Shown: positions 44,924 through 54,520, counted from the first letter of the stretch. The stretch is DNA of 64,000 nt from a virus (IMGVR_UViG_3300049215_000070); one strand, 5' to 3'. Notes: generated from the sequence alone by a model not told the origin. Numbers and translations are program-made.

Positions 44924-45192
44924 TCATCCATCGGGTCCATTGCCTTTCACTCCTGCCCATCGGCGTGTTACGCCATCGTACTTACTAGCAGTCTCAGATA
45001 TAGGACCAAACTGCAACTCCATTTCTGTGATGAGTTTCGCTTTTTTTGCTGACTCCTTTTCTTTGGAGTGAGATTTACGCTGGCTGGTTATGGTCGTCGG
45101 TATCAAGCTGGTGCCGTCCGGTACCCATAGTGACGCAAAATGGCCGCGGCACTGACTGACGGTTTTCTTGTGAAAGTCTGTGCGTGCCATTA
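44924..45192 (-). CDS. hypothetical protein (88 aa)
   Basis: TAATG coupling to the upstream gene. Confidence 0.4.
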
Positions 45193-45720
45193 GATTTCCG
45201 TCATGTGCGCGTAAAGTTTGGCGGCGTGCTGCCGAGGGAATTTCTTGTTGCGGGCCGCAAATATTGTCACACCGGCCTCCTTGCACATGTTGACTTTCGC
45301 GAGCAGACTGAACTGACCCCAAGAGTAATGGATTGACTTCCTGTCCACCTTGACCTCGTTTTCGGGGTCTAGGCTGCCTTTCGCCGCAATTCGCTTGGCA
45401 AACATGTCAGCCATTCGCAGCGACCTATCAGCTTCGCGATGAACCATTACGTAGTACCTAAATCCCATAACCTCATCGCTAAAAGTCGGCGTAATTACCA
45501 CTTTTTCGTTAACGATAACGCTGTCTAGCAGGTGCTCTCGGATGTACTCGTGATTTGATTTTTCGACAGGAGAGCACCTGAAAAATCTCCATGATGCGAC
45601 GTAGTACTCAGAAAAATCTTCCCCGGTGTAATTGATTTGCTCAATCCAGGGTTTGATGTGCGTTGGTGTGTATGCCAATTCGTTTACCTCATGTGGTCCA
45701 TAATCAGCCTCGCACAGCAA
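45190..45720 (-). CDS. hypothetical protein (176 aa), first gene of the leftward operon
   Basis: Starts adjacent to the divergent regulatory region. Confidence 0.5.
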   Translation of the reverse strand: MLCEADYGPHEVNELAYTPTHIKPWIEQINYTGEDFSEYYVASWRFFRCSPVEKSNHEYIREHLLDSVIVNEKVVITPTFSDEVMGFRYYVMVHREADRSLRMADMFAKRIAAKGSLDPENEVKVDRKSIHYSWGQFSLLAKVNMCKEAGVTIFAARNKKFPRQHAAKLYAHMTEI

Positions 45721-45977
45721 CGTGCAAAGTCAAGCCTCGCGCGCACGCGCGTAATACCAATATTTGATATAATTTTGTTATTCAGCTGATTGCAGGGTAC
45801 GCTCACTTCGTTCGCTGCTTTAAGAGGAGATCAAGAATTTGACAAGAGTTCACAAGGCAGTAAGAGATTGAACCGGAATTCAGAATCGCTCCGCTAGGAT
45901 TATAACAATAAATCGAGTCAAAAAGTCAACACTTGCATTTATGAAAGTTTTGGTGTTAGCGTGATTGAGGAGGGCAA
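45721..45977. promoter_or_regulatory. divergent intergenic control region (AT-richer), with extended -10 TGATATAAT near 45765-45775 on the plus strand
   Basis: 257-bp gap between oppositely oriented operons. TTTGATATAATTTTG. Alternating-GC tract CTCGCGCGCACGCGCG. Confidence 0.45.
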
Positions 45978-46268
45978 ATGACACGAAAACCGATTTTAAC
46001 CGTTGAGGCAGCCAATGAAATGGCAAAGAACACGACCGGCCTCGATTTTGAGGCTTTTACCGACTGGGTTGATTACCGAAAGGCAACCGGAAAGCCAATC
46101 AAACCGGCAATGTACCCTTGGCTGATATCGCGCATGGTCAAGATGGGAAATCGTCAAAAAGAAGCAGTAGATCACAGTTCTGGCAACGGGTACCAGGGAT
46201 TGTTTTTGCCATCTGGTCGAGCGCCTAAGCACTCTGGCCTCAAGGCAACACTGGAGGATTTCAAATGA
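45978..46268 (+). CDS. hypothetical protein (96 aa), first gene of the rightward operon
   Basis: GAGGAGGG RBS. Confidence 0.55.
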   Translation: MTRKPILTVEAANEMAKNTTGLDFEAFTDWVDYRKATGKPIKPAMYPWLISRMVKMGNRQKEAVDHSSGNGYQGLFLPSGRAPKHSGLKATLEDFK

Positions 46269-46513
46269 GCAAACCAGAGCTGAAAGAAGCAGACAAGCAG
46301 GCGTTTATTGATGCGCTGAATGATTTTGGTGTAATTTTTGGCCGCGACATCACGCCCGAGCTGCTGAATGTTTACTGGCGACACCTGTCCAAGAAAATGG
46401 ACCGCATGGGATTTGATTTTGCGGTTGGCTGGATACACGACCACGAGAGGTATTTTCCTGCTCCGAGCGCCTTTATTCGTGGTGAGCGGGCGCGCTGGGG
46501 CGTTGCGGGTTGA
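46265..46513 (+). CDS. hypothetical protein (82 aa)
   Basis: ATGA coupling. Confidence 0.45.
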   Translation: MSKPELKEADKQAFIDALNDFGVIFGRDITPELLNVYWRHLSKKMDRMGFDFAVGWIHDHERYFPAPSAFIRGERARWGVAG

Positions 46514-46944
46514 GCGTCGAAAACCTACTCAACAACCTGCAGAAGGTCAAAAAGGTAGGCCCCGACAAGTGGATCGCGCGCTGCCCTGCGCACGACGACA
46601 AGAACCCCAGCCTGTCCATCAAGGACAGCGGCGGCACGGTACTGCTCAAGTGCTGGTCCGCCGGGTGCGGCGCGATGGACATCGTAGGCGCGCTGGGGCT
46701 GGACCCGTCAGAGCTGTTCCCTCCCAATGACGGCAGCTGGCAGCCTGACGAGAAACGTCACGCCGGTTTTGCAAAGTTTACCGCTATGGACGGGCTGAGG
46801 TGCCTGTCCCACGAGGGCGGGTTGATTTCTATCATGGCCGCGGACATGGCCGAGGGCAAAGTATTGAGCATCAAAGAACGCGAGCGGCTAGAGGTGGCGT
46901 GCGGCAGAATCGCCGCCGCGCTGGAGTATCTCGATGGCAATTAA
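46510..46944 (+). CDS. DNA primase zinc-binding (CHC2-type) domain protein lacking a TOPRIM domain
   Basis: WIARCPAHDDKNPSLSI...GGTVLLKCWSAGCG matches the CHC2 zinc-finger consensus. TTG start overlapping the upstream TGA. Confidence 0.6.
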   Translation: MSVENLLNNLQKVKKVGPDKWIARCPAHDDKNPSLSIKDSGGTVLLKCWSAGCGAMDIVGALGLDPSELFPPNDGSWQPDEKRHAGFAKFTAMDGLRCLSHEGGLISIMAADMAEGKVLSIKERERLEVACGRIAAALEYLDGN

Positions 46945-48013
46945 CCTGAAGCGCAACATCGAGGATATTGACGAGAGTCTGCGCCGCGCCGACGCGGTAA
47001 GCGCCGCCCGAAAGATCGGCAAGATGCTGGTCACCGAGGAATCCGAGGGCGCGGACGACCCTCCAGAAAAGATCCTGCTCGACGTGGCCTCCATGTCACC
47101 CCTTGAGATGCTGGCAAAGTACAAGGCGTACATGGCCGACTTTGACACGCTTCCCATAGACCCCGCCGGGGATCATGTCCGCATATTCCGGGGCGAATGG
47201 AGCATATGGTCCGGGTACCCGGGCAACGGCAAGACCACGTTCTTGAGGCAGATGTGCCTGCATTTTCTTAAGTGCATGAAGAATGGCGAGTGCGTTTTTG
47301 TGGCGACCTTGGAACAAGACCCTACCTGGTACATCATCGAGATGGCCGGTACCGCGGCGGGCGTGGAGACGCCTACTGAGGAGCATGTGACCGCGTTCTT
47401 GGATACCTATGGCGACAAGCTCAAGGTTTGGGGTATGATCGGCGTCGCGGAGCATCGCAAGATATTCGCAACGGTACGAGAACTGGCTGAGAAACACGGT
47501 TGCAAGCATGCCATCATTGATTCACTCATGGCCCTGGATATCGACAGCGGCGACTACGAAGCGCAGCGCAAGTTCGCTAACATGGTGTCTGCCACTGCGA
47601 GAGCAAAAGGCGTCCACATCCATCTTGTCGCGCATCCCCGGAAGCCGATTGCTGCGGATCAGGCTCCAAACACCTGGGACGTGGCGGGTTCCTCTGATCT
47701 TGGGCGTCTGGCTTTTAACGTGTTTTTTGTTCGCCGTGGGCCTCAGGTCGCTGGCTTTGAGGATATCAGCGCTATGTTATTTTATACACTTAAGCAACGT
47801 ACGCGCGGCACGGTTGGCGAGCAGACGGCTTACTTTTACCGGAAGCACCGGCAGTTCCACATCGATCAATTTGCGACGGAGCCGACGCATTACCTGCCGG
47901 ATTCGTCGTACCCTCCGACTGGTATGAGCGAAGAGATACCGGCGCACCTGATGAATCCTGGCGCGTTTAAAGTCGAGCCGCAGCCATACGGATCAAACCC
48001 CTGGGATGTCTAG
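46934..48013 (+). CDS. DnaB-like replicative helicase (RecA-fold ATPase domain)
   Basis: Walker A GYPGNGKTTF. Walker B-like IIDSLMALD. DnaB/gp4-type arrangement. Confidence 0.65.
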   Translation: MAINLKRNIEDIDESLRRADAVSAARKIGKMLVTEESEGADDPPEKILLDVASMSPLEMLAKYKAYMADFDTLPIDPAGDHVRIFRGEWSIWSGYPGNGKTTFLRQMCLHFLKCMKNGECVFVATLEQDPTWYIIEMAGTAAGVETPTEEHVTAFLDTYGDKLKVWGMIGVAEHRKIFATVRELAEKHGCKHAIIDSLMALDIDSGDYEAQRKFANMVSATARAKGVHIHLVAHPRKPIAADQAPNTWDVAGSSDLGRLAFNVFFVRRGPQVAGFEDISAMLFYTLKQRTRGTVGEQTAYFYRKHRQFHIDQFATEPTHYLPDSSYPPTGMSEEIPAHLMNPGAFKVEPQPYGSNPWDV

Positions 48014-48291
48014 TGAGACGACGAACACGCACCGAGGGTATACGCAGGCGGCGAACTTTGGCGTATTACGAGCAAAACGGCAAGTGCTATTATTGCGGCT
48101 GCCAGATGACGCTTGAGAGTGTTACGCTCGATCACCGCTACCCGGTAGGAAACGTGCTTAGAACAGCCAACCCTGCTGACATGAAGAGAAACGTTGCCAG
48201 CTGCAGATTGTGCAACCAATGGCTCGGTGTTGCGTGGGCGAAAATCAAACAACTTTGGGGAAATGCTCGTGTCCAAGAAACCGCCAACTAA
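48013..48291 (+). CDS. HNH endonuclease (92 aa)
   Basis: CYYCGCQ...DHRYPV...N....CRLCN HNH core. GTG start overlapping the helicase TAG. Confidence 0.65.
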   Translation: MRRRTRTEGIRRRRTLAYYEQNGKCYYCGCQMTLESVTLDHRYPVGNVLRTANPADMKRNVASCRLCNQWLGVAWAKIKQLWGNARVQETAN

Positions 48292-48643
48292 AGCTGAATC
48301 CGAGCGCATGGAGAAATTGTCTCGCATGGGCTGCATCGTGACCCGCTTGTGCTTTGGTGCGTACAAGGACGCTGACGTGCATCACATCACCAGCGGCGGT
48401 CGACGCCTGGGGCATATGAGCACGATCCCGCTCAGCCCCTGGTATCATAGGGCGGTTCCGGATAGCAACATGACGCCGCAGCTGATGCGCGAGTTTTATG
48501 GTCCGTCGCTGGCGGAAAGTAAGGCAGAGTTTGAGGCGCGGTTTGGCACCGAGGCGTACCTGCTAGAGCAAACCAACAAATGGCTGGGACAAGTTCCCGT
48601 CGAGAACACAAGCAAACATGGCGTGGATATCGAAACAACCTAG
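48263..48643 (+). CDS. HNH-type nuclease related to Ref/DUF968-like proteins
   Basis: C..C...DVHHITSGGRRLGHMSTIPLSPWYHR resembles the recombination-enhancement (Ref) HNH family. Confidence 0.45.
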   Translation: MLVSKKPPTKAESERMEKLSRMGCIVTRLCFGAYKDADVHHITSGGRRLGHMSTIPLSPWYHRAVPDSNMTPQLMREFYGPSLAESKAEFEARFGTEAYLLEQTNKWLGQVPVENTSKHGVDIETT

Positions 48644-48854
48644 GTTGACGCAAACTTATTGCGTCGTCGTTGCGCAACTGAATGACATTGGGATACGCCC
48701 CGGCGGCGCGGAGATTAAACCTTGGATACGACAAGAGATAGCGGACCACGAGATAACGGCAGACCCACAGGAGATCGCGGTGATACTGAGCGGGCTCCTG
48801 TCGGAGAAAGCCATATCGCAGGCGGACATCGGGCGCCTGAAGAAAAATGCCTAA
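48618..48854 (+). CDS. hypothetical protein (78 aa)
   Basis: ORF spanning the hairpin and palindrome region. Weak call. Confidence 0.3.
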   Translation: MAWISKQPRLTQTYCVVVAQLNDIGIRPGGAEIKPWIRQEIADHEITADPQEIAVILSGLLSEKAISQADIGRLKKNA

Positions 48855-49230
48855 GTACGCCGAGCACGACGAGCAAGTTGAATTTTTCCGACGCCTTGCG
48901 CGCTTTCCGTACCGTGACGGAACGCTCACCGACTATTGTTTCGCCGTTCCTAACGGAGGCACAGCTGGAGGGCGCCGCGCAATGCTTGCTGGGGCACGCC
49001 GACAAGCAGAGGGTGTTAAAGCGGGAGTACCTGATGTCGAGTGCGTTCTACCGGCCAAGGGATTCACGGGACTGCATATCGAATTCAAGCGAGCTGATGG
49101 CGTGCCGAGTGACGTATCAGCCAAGCAACGAGAATGGTTGGAGCGACTGCGAAAATGCGGACGCAAGGCCGAGGTCGCATTTGGCGCTGAGCAGGCGTGG
49201 CAGATAATCACCAGCTATCTGGGGATATGA
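48847..49230 (+). CDS. VRR-NUC domain nuclease
   Basis: AVPNGGTAGG...GVKAGVPDVECVL...LHIEFKRADGVPSDVSAKQREWLERL matches the VRR-NUC PD-(D/E)xK pattern. Confidence 0.65.
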   Translation: MPKYAEHDEQVEFFRRLARFPYRDGTLTDYCFAVPNGGTAGGRRAMLAGARRQAEGVKAGVPDVECVLPAKGFTGLHIEFKRADGVPSDVSAKQREWLERLRKCGRKAEVAFGAEQAWQIITSYLGI

Positions 49231-49463
49231 TGCACTCACGGCACCCGGCGCTTGACTGCTACATTGAGGCGATGAGGGTGGTGAACGCGCTGAAGCAGTT
49301 TCGCAAGGAGCAGCGAATACCGCGCAAGATTTGGGACCGAATATTTAGCCGCCAGGTGCAGCACTTGCTATTGGCGCATTTTTATACGAAGGTAGATGGA
49401 GATTACGTTTTTTTGACACATGAAGTTCTAGAGATTCTAGAATTAACACTTGCCGGAGGTTAA
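49227..49463 (+). CDS. hypothetical protein (78 aa)
   Basis: ATGA coupling. Confidence 0.45.
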   Translation: MMHSRHPALDCYIEAMRVVNALKQFRKEQRIPRKIWDRIFSRQVQHLLLAHFYTKVDGDYVFLTHEVLEILELTLAGG

Positions 49464-49464
49464 T

Positions 49465-49722
49465 ATGGCAAAAGCAACAGTTATTGAGATTCCCTATGCG
49501 CCGGTAAAACCGATCAAACAGGTTACGCTGATTCTAACCGATGCCGAGGCGCAGACGCTGGCCGACATTCTGGGAATGATCGGTGGTAATCCGGTAACGA
49601 CGCGCCGCAAGCACGCCGACAGCATTGACAACGCACTAAGCAGTGTTGGCTTCGATAGTCAACCCCCGTCCGATGTGTGCGATGAGCTTCGCCGCATCTA
49701 TTTCACCGAGGCGCAAGAATGA
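49465..49722 (+). CDS. hypothetical protein (85 aa)
   Basis: GGAGG RBS. Confidence 0.5.
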   Translation: MAKATVIEIPYAPVKPIKQVTLILTDAEAQTLADILGMIGGNPVTTRRKHADSIDNALSSVGFDSQPPSDVCDELRRIYFTEAQE

Positions 49723-50363
49723 TCGAGTTCCGCGAGTGGCCGAAGATCCCCCGCTATCGTCGCGAGATCGCGGTGACCGAGAAGCTTGACGGCACCAACG
49801 CCGCCGTCGTGTGGGTGTCAGCTGAGAAGAACGAGGATGTTCCCGGCGTCGAGCCTGTGGTCATTGCGACGCGCAACCTGGTCGACCAGCACGGCAACGA
49901 CAATGGGCCTCATGTGCTGTTGGCTCAGTCGCGTCAGAGATTCATCACGCCCGCCAGCATCAAACCGAAGAACGACAACTACGGTTTCGCGCAGTGGGTA
50001 AGCGATCACGCTGACGAGTTGACGAAGCTTGGGCCTGGGTACCATTACGGTGAGTGGTGGGGCTATGGCATTCAACGCGGCTACGGTGTGCCCGAGAAGC
50101 GCTTCAGTTTGTTCAACGTAAAACGTTGGAGTGAAGGCAACCTTCCGCCAGGATGCTGCCGAGTTGTGCCGCTGCTAGGGTATTTCACCCCCGACAAGAT
50201 AGAGGGTGTGGTCGAAAGCTTGAGAGCGAACGGCAGCGTCGCCGCGCCGGGGTATCAACGCCCCGAGGGTGTGGTGCTTTGGCACTCGCAGAGCAAGAGA
50301 TACTACAAGATCCTGCTCGACGGGGACGACGTGCCGAAAGGCTTACAGAAGGGTGCGGCATGA
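49719..50363 (+). CDS. RNA-ligase-family nucleotidyltransferase (KxDG motif I)
   Basis: VTEKLDGTNA is ligase/RNA-ligase motif I. 214 aa. Confidence 0.5.
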   Translation: MIEFREWPKIPRYRREIAVTEKLDGTNAAVVWVSAEKNEDVPGVEPVVIATRNLVDQHGNDNGPHVLLAQSRQRFITPASIKPKNDNYGFAQWVSDHADELTKLGPGYHYGEWWGYGIQRGYGVPEKRFSLFNVKRWSEGNLPPGCCRVVPLLGYFTPDKIEGVVESLRANGSVAAPGYQRPEGVVLWHSQSKRYYKILLDGDDVPKGLQKGAA

Positions 50364-51166
50364 CAACGATTATTGCGACTAAGAATGACTTTGCTGATTC
50401 TGCTGGACACTGGTATTGCGCCAAGACAGGCGAGCCTCGATACACCGTCGTTGGCGCTAACGGCAAAGTCAGGAACACCACCCTGGCCGACGCCCGCAAA
50501 CTGAATTTTTTTCCCAGCGTGACAACCATCGCCAAGGTTGAGGCCAAGCCAGCCTTGACGAATTGGTTGGTACAACAAGGCATGATGGCGTGCCTGACGC
50601 TGCCGCGCCTCGCGGGCGAGGACGACACGCAGTTCATCAAGCGTGCGCTCGAAGACTCCAAGCAGCAGGTGTACAAGGCCGCAGAGCGCGGCACCTACCT
50701 GCACGGGCTGATGGAGAAGTCCATGGAGATCGGACTGCTGACGTGCGACGCCAGCGCTGAGGGTGCCGAGTACGTGCTGCCGCTGCTGCAGTGGATCTGG
50801 GACAACTTCCCGGGCTACCGGTGGCACACCGAGAAAAGTTTCGCGCATCCTGAGCTAAAGTTTGGCGGCAAGGTCGACTTGCATGGTACGCATGAGACGC
50901 TTCCTCCGGTGGTGCTGGACTACAAGTTCAAAGATTTCAAGGATGCCGACAAGAAACTGGCCTACCCTGAGCATTGCAGCCAGCTGTGCGCCTATGCTGT
51001 GGGGTTGGATTTTCCGGTCGTTCCGTCGCGGCTCATTAACATCTTCGCGTCCTCGACTAAGCCTGGGATGTTCACCATCAAGGAATGGGACCGCGAAGAT
51101 AAAGAGTACGCATGGCGCGCATTCCGTGCGATGCTGGATCTGTGGCAGGCCAGGAGCAAATTTTGA
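50360..51166 (+). CDS. PD-(D/E)xK family nuclease (RecB/Cas4-like fold)
   Basis: GTYLHGLME ... KVDLHG ... VVLDYKFK, the canonical motif order. ATGA coupling. Confidence 0.5.
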   Translation: MTTIIATKNDFADSAGHWYCAKTGEPRYTVVGANGKVRNTTLADARKLNFFPSVTTIAKVEAKPALTNWLVQQGMMACLTLPRLAGEDDTQFIKRALEDSKQQVYKAAERGTYLHGLMEKSMEIGLLTCDASAEGAEYVLPLLQWIWDNFPGYRWHTEKSFAHPELKFGGKVDLHGTHETLPPVVLDYKFKDFKDADKKLAYPEHCSQLCAYAVGLDFPVVPSRLINIFASSTKPGMFTIKEWDREDKEYAWRAFRAMLDLWQARSKF

Positions 51167-51411
51167 CCGACGTCATCTATATCGAGAGAAACGGCGGCTG
51201 GATGTTCAAGGGAATGACCGACAAAGGAAAGCACGAGATGTGCGTCATGCTTGGAGTTCCCGCCGGATTGCAGGCCGAGGTGTTTCTTGAGGCAAAAAAC
51301 CTGGGCGCAACCGTCGAGCGGATGACCGGTATGGGTTTGAAGGTTGAGGTTCACGGCGCGAAGCCAAAAGAGAGGCCAAGGATTGATTTGTCAAAATACA
51401 TGGAGATCTGA
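51163..51411 (+). CDS. hypothetical protein (83 aa)
   Basis: TTGA coupling. Alternative ATG at 51205. Confidence 0.4.
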   Translation: MTDVIYIERNGGWMFKGMTDKGKHEMCVMLGVPAGLQAEVFLEAKNLGATVERMTGMGLKVEVHGAKPKERPRIDLSKYMEI

Positions 51412-51594
51412 ATGCTACAATACGATATGAACGGAGCAATCGACATCCTCAAAGAACAACCCTCGCAAGGTCAGCGGGTGCTCGTGGAGATGCTTGACGG
51501 AAAAGTTAGGATCGCTACCTACGACAAGTATGATTACCAATTGTGGCCGGTGAAAGAGTGGAAGCCAATTCCTAGTGAGCAACGACAACCATAA
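51412..51594 (+). CDS. hypothetical protein (60 aa)
   Basis: TGAATG junction. Confidence 0.4.
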   Translation: MLQYDMNGAIDILKEQPSQGQRVLVEMLDGKVRIATYDKYDYQLWPVKEWKPIPSEQRQP

Positions 51595-51907
51595 GATTTT
51601 CCGAGAGTGCGGAACCGGCTGGGAGAGACTAATAGCGCCGCTCATCAAGAGATGCACGGAGCTTGGCGGCACGGTCGAGCAGGTGAAGGAAAAGTTTGGT
51701 CGCCTGAGGTTCTACTACTACCCTGGTGAACCGGGCACAGACGCGCAATGGGAGGCGTTCGAGGATGCCGTCAACCAGGCATGCACCGACAGCGGTCACA
51801 CCTGTGAGATGTGCGGCAAACGAGGGCTGCTGATGATAAAAGGGCGCTGGTACAAGACACTTTGCGCTGAGCATTCAAAAGATCTGGGCTACAAGGACAA
51901 AGCATAA
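51575..51907 (+). CDS. hypothetical protein with C-terminal Cys cluster (110 aa)
   Basis: CEMCGKRG...LCAEH. Confidence 0.45.
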   Translation: MSNDNHKIFRECGTGWERLIAPLIKRCTELGGTVEQVKEKFGRLRFYYYPGEPGTDAQWEAFEDAVNQACTDSGHTCEMCGKRGLLMIKGRWYKTLCAEHSKDLGYKDKA

Positions 51908-52317
51908 TGATTACGATTGAGCAACATATTCAGACGCTGTATGACGGGAAATTTGCGGGCGACGCCCGGCACCCACTGAAAACCGGTGAAAAGGGTTTTC
52001 TGCTCGAATTGACTCCAGTCTCAAACAATCCGAATTTTGCGCCGCGCCGTCGACTGGAGCTGCGCCCTCATCCGGTGCGCAAAGCCGGTACGCTGGAAGA
52101 GCTTTTGTTCGGCACCGTATTCGGTGATAGAACCGACGTAGAGGCTCTAGGCGTGGCGATTGTGACGGACGCCGCCGCCAATGGCCGGGGAAAAATAAAG
52201 ACGCTCTGGGGCGACGAGGCGCGGCAGGCGCTCGAAGAATTGGGCTACCCCGAGCTGACCATGGACCTGGAAGGCTCCGACGAGGAATACATCAAGCCGG
52301 TATACGAAGGTGCCTGA
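51907..52317 (+). CDS. hypothetical protein (136 aa)
   Basis: TAATG coupling. Confidence 0.45.
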   Translation: MITIEQHIQTLYDGKFAGDARHPLKTGEKGFLLELTPVSNNPNFAPRRRLELRPHPVRKAGTLEELLFGTVFGDRTDVEALGVAIVTDAAANGRGKIKTLWGDEARQALEELGYPELTMDLEGSDEEYIKPVYEGA

Positions 52318-52436
52318 GTGGCCCCAGGACTCCTGGGAGTGGTGGTGCGTTTCACGATTGGCTTGCATTGCAACCCTGGTCGCGTTAGGGTACGTAGTGT
52401 GGTACATCGTGGACGCATTCAACGAGGATTAGATCA

Positions 52437-52613
52437 TGAAAAATGAGGTGATATACAGCACATGGAAGATTAGCCGGTTACCGGGTAACATCAAGATGCA
52501 AACCCGGCAGCGGTTTATTCCGTTGCGCGATCCGTTGCTGATCGAGGAAATTGTGCTCGAATCCATGCCGCTGGAGCTGGAGCAGCCCGAGCGACTGATG
52601 CGGCGGCGCTGAT
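52437..52613 (+). CDS. small hypothetical protein (58 aa)
   Basis: ATG ORF below the ORF-track size threshold. Confidence 0.3.
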
Positions 52614-52814
52614 GCTGCGCGTGATCGCTGTCTGTCTTTGGTTTACGGGCAATCCCCAGGCCGCGCTGTGGTGCTTTTTGTTGCAATGGGTCTGATGGGG
52701 ATAAAAGAAAACCCGGGTCCATGGGGAAATGGCCCGGGTTATTCGTACCGCTCGACTGGCGGCGTCTCAGGTGGGATGCTGCAGCGAGTACCATTGTATC
52801 ACAAGGGGAATTTG

Positions 52815-54467
52815 ATGACGATTACAATTGGCGCCGCCGACCTGGCCGCATTGAACGCCGGGCAGCCCGTTACGCTGCAGGGCGCCACGGTTCCGAAGCC
52901 AAACCCGCTTACTATATCGGGATTTTCACCAAATACGGGCGGCATCGGCACGCAGTTCGTCATTAACGGCACCGGATTTACGGGTGCCACGGGCGTCAAG
53001 ATCGGCGGATTGACTTTCCCGCCTACCAAGATCGTCTCGGATTCGCAACTAGTAGCCACCGTCCCCGCGGGCGCGGTAACCGGCAACATCGCGGTTTTGA
53101 ACGCGACCACCACGGCATTCGATAACAGCCTGTTTGCGGTGACCGCAGTGGCTGCGCCGCCGCCGGTCACGACGCCTCCTGTAACAACGCCGCCGGTCAT
53201 CCCGGGCAGCGGATTGACGCCGAGCACCAGCGTCCCGGCGCGCACGATTACGCCGCTGACGCCGCCCGCTGGCATGAAGTCGATTACTGTCAAGGGCAAG
53301 GATTTTGTCGACGGCAACGGCAACGTCGTGGTGCTGAATGGCGTGAACCTTACGGGCTTAGAGAACACCGCGATCCAGGGCTGGGACGGCTCGAATTATT
53401 GGGGTGATTCAGGATTCCCCGGTCTGCCGCCGGTTGCGCTTTTGAAACTGTGGAACGTCAACTTTGTGCGCGTGCCGTACAACAGCTCAAGCGTGCTTGG
53501 AACGGTGTGCGTCGACGGCACCGGCAAGAAAATCATACCCGCCGACCCTGCAGGCATTTACTTCAGCATCATGGACCAGATGATGATGACGTACACCGCC
53601 GCCGGTCTGTACATCGAGTTGGAGGAGCACTGGAACGCGCCGTTTCTGAAGACCATTCCTGGCTACCCCAATGGGGCGTTTCTTGCTCCCGAGGGGCAGG
53701 GGCAGTTTTCCGACGCGCAAACAAGTGCGCCCGCGGCGGCTCAGCTCGCGCAGCGATACAAGAATTTCAAGAACCTTTTGATGGGCTGCTTCAACGAGCC
53801 TGACCTGGACGGCTTTGGTCCGACGGTTCCGGCGGACGTAGGAGTTTGCCAGCGGGACGGCGGCACCTGCGCGCGGTTCATCAATAACACCGACGCCGGG
53901 GCGGATTACACCATCACCGAGACCTGGGAGGTGTGCGGGTTCCAGACAAAAATCAACGCGATACGGAACGCCGGGTTCACTGGGCCGATATCGGTATCAG
54001 ACCGCAACTGGGCGCAAGACTTGTCCGCGTGGCTTAAGTACAAGCCCACCGACCCATTGAACAACATATTCGCCGACTGGCATTTTTACCCGGACAACGG
54101 GCAGCCGTTCAACTCCGCGGCGTACGCTCTCGGTAACTTTGGCGCGCCAGGGTCACAGAGCGCGACATCCGGCGTCACCGGTACGTGTTACGAGTGGGCG
54201 CAAAACATCCTGGCCGCTGGGTACCCTGTGTTCATCACCGAATACGGTGGTCAGAACAGCGCGGGCAGCCCGCCGGATAACTTCGTGGCCGGGGCGCTGG
54301 CGTTTGCCAAGGCAAACGGCATCAGCACCGCCGCCTGGGCGTTCTGCGTCACCGGCTCGGCGAACAACAACCTGCTGAAGAACACCAACGGCGACCCGTG
54401 CGACGGCTTCCCGCTTCAGGTAAAGGCCTACCTGACCAGTTTGCCGCCCGTAGCATATAGCAGTTGA
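52815..54467 (+). CDS. IPT/TIG domain + Pro/Thr linker + glycoside hydrolase family 5 domain: putative polysaccharide depolymerase
   Basis: N-terminal Ig-like region (ISGFSPNTGGIGTQFVINGTGF). PPPVTTPPVTTPPV linker. GH5 catalytic motifs GCFNEPDLDG (acid/base NEP) and FITEYGG (nucleophile). AAGGGG RBS. No signal peptide. Confidence 0.65.
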   Translation: MTITIGAADLAALNAGQPVTLQGATVPKPNPLTISGFSPNTGGIGTQFVINGTGFTGATGVKIGGLTFPPTKIVSDSQLVATVPAGAVTGNIAVLNATTTAFDNSLFAVTAVAAPPPVTTPPVTTPPVIPGSGLTPSTSVPARTITPLTPPAGMKSITVKGKDFVDGNGNVVVLNGVNLTGLENTAIQGWDGSNYWGDSGFPGLPPVALLKLWNVNFVRVPYNSSSVLGTVCVDGTGKKIIPADPAGIYFSIMDQMMMTYTAAGLYIELEEHWNAPFLKTIPGYPNGAFLAPEGQGQFSDAQTSAPAAAQLAQRYKNFKNLLMGCFNEPDLDGFGPTVPADVGVCQRDGGTCARFINNTDAGADYTITETWEVCGFQTKINAIRNAGFTGPISVSDRNWAQDLSAWLKYKPTDPLNNIFADWHFYPDNGQPFNSAAYALGNFGAPGSQSATSGVTGTCYEWAQNILAAGYPVFITEYGGQNSAGSPPDNFVAGALAFAKANGISTAAWAFCVTGSANNNLLKNTNGDPCDGFPLQVKAYLTSLPPVAYSS

Positions 54468-54520
54468 CCCTGCTACTTGGGCGTGCCATGATCCGTCCCA
54501 GGTAACCACTGGAGACGGAC

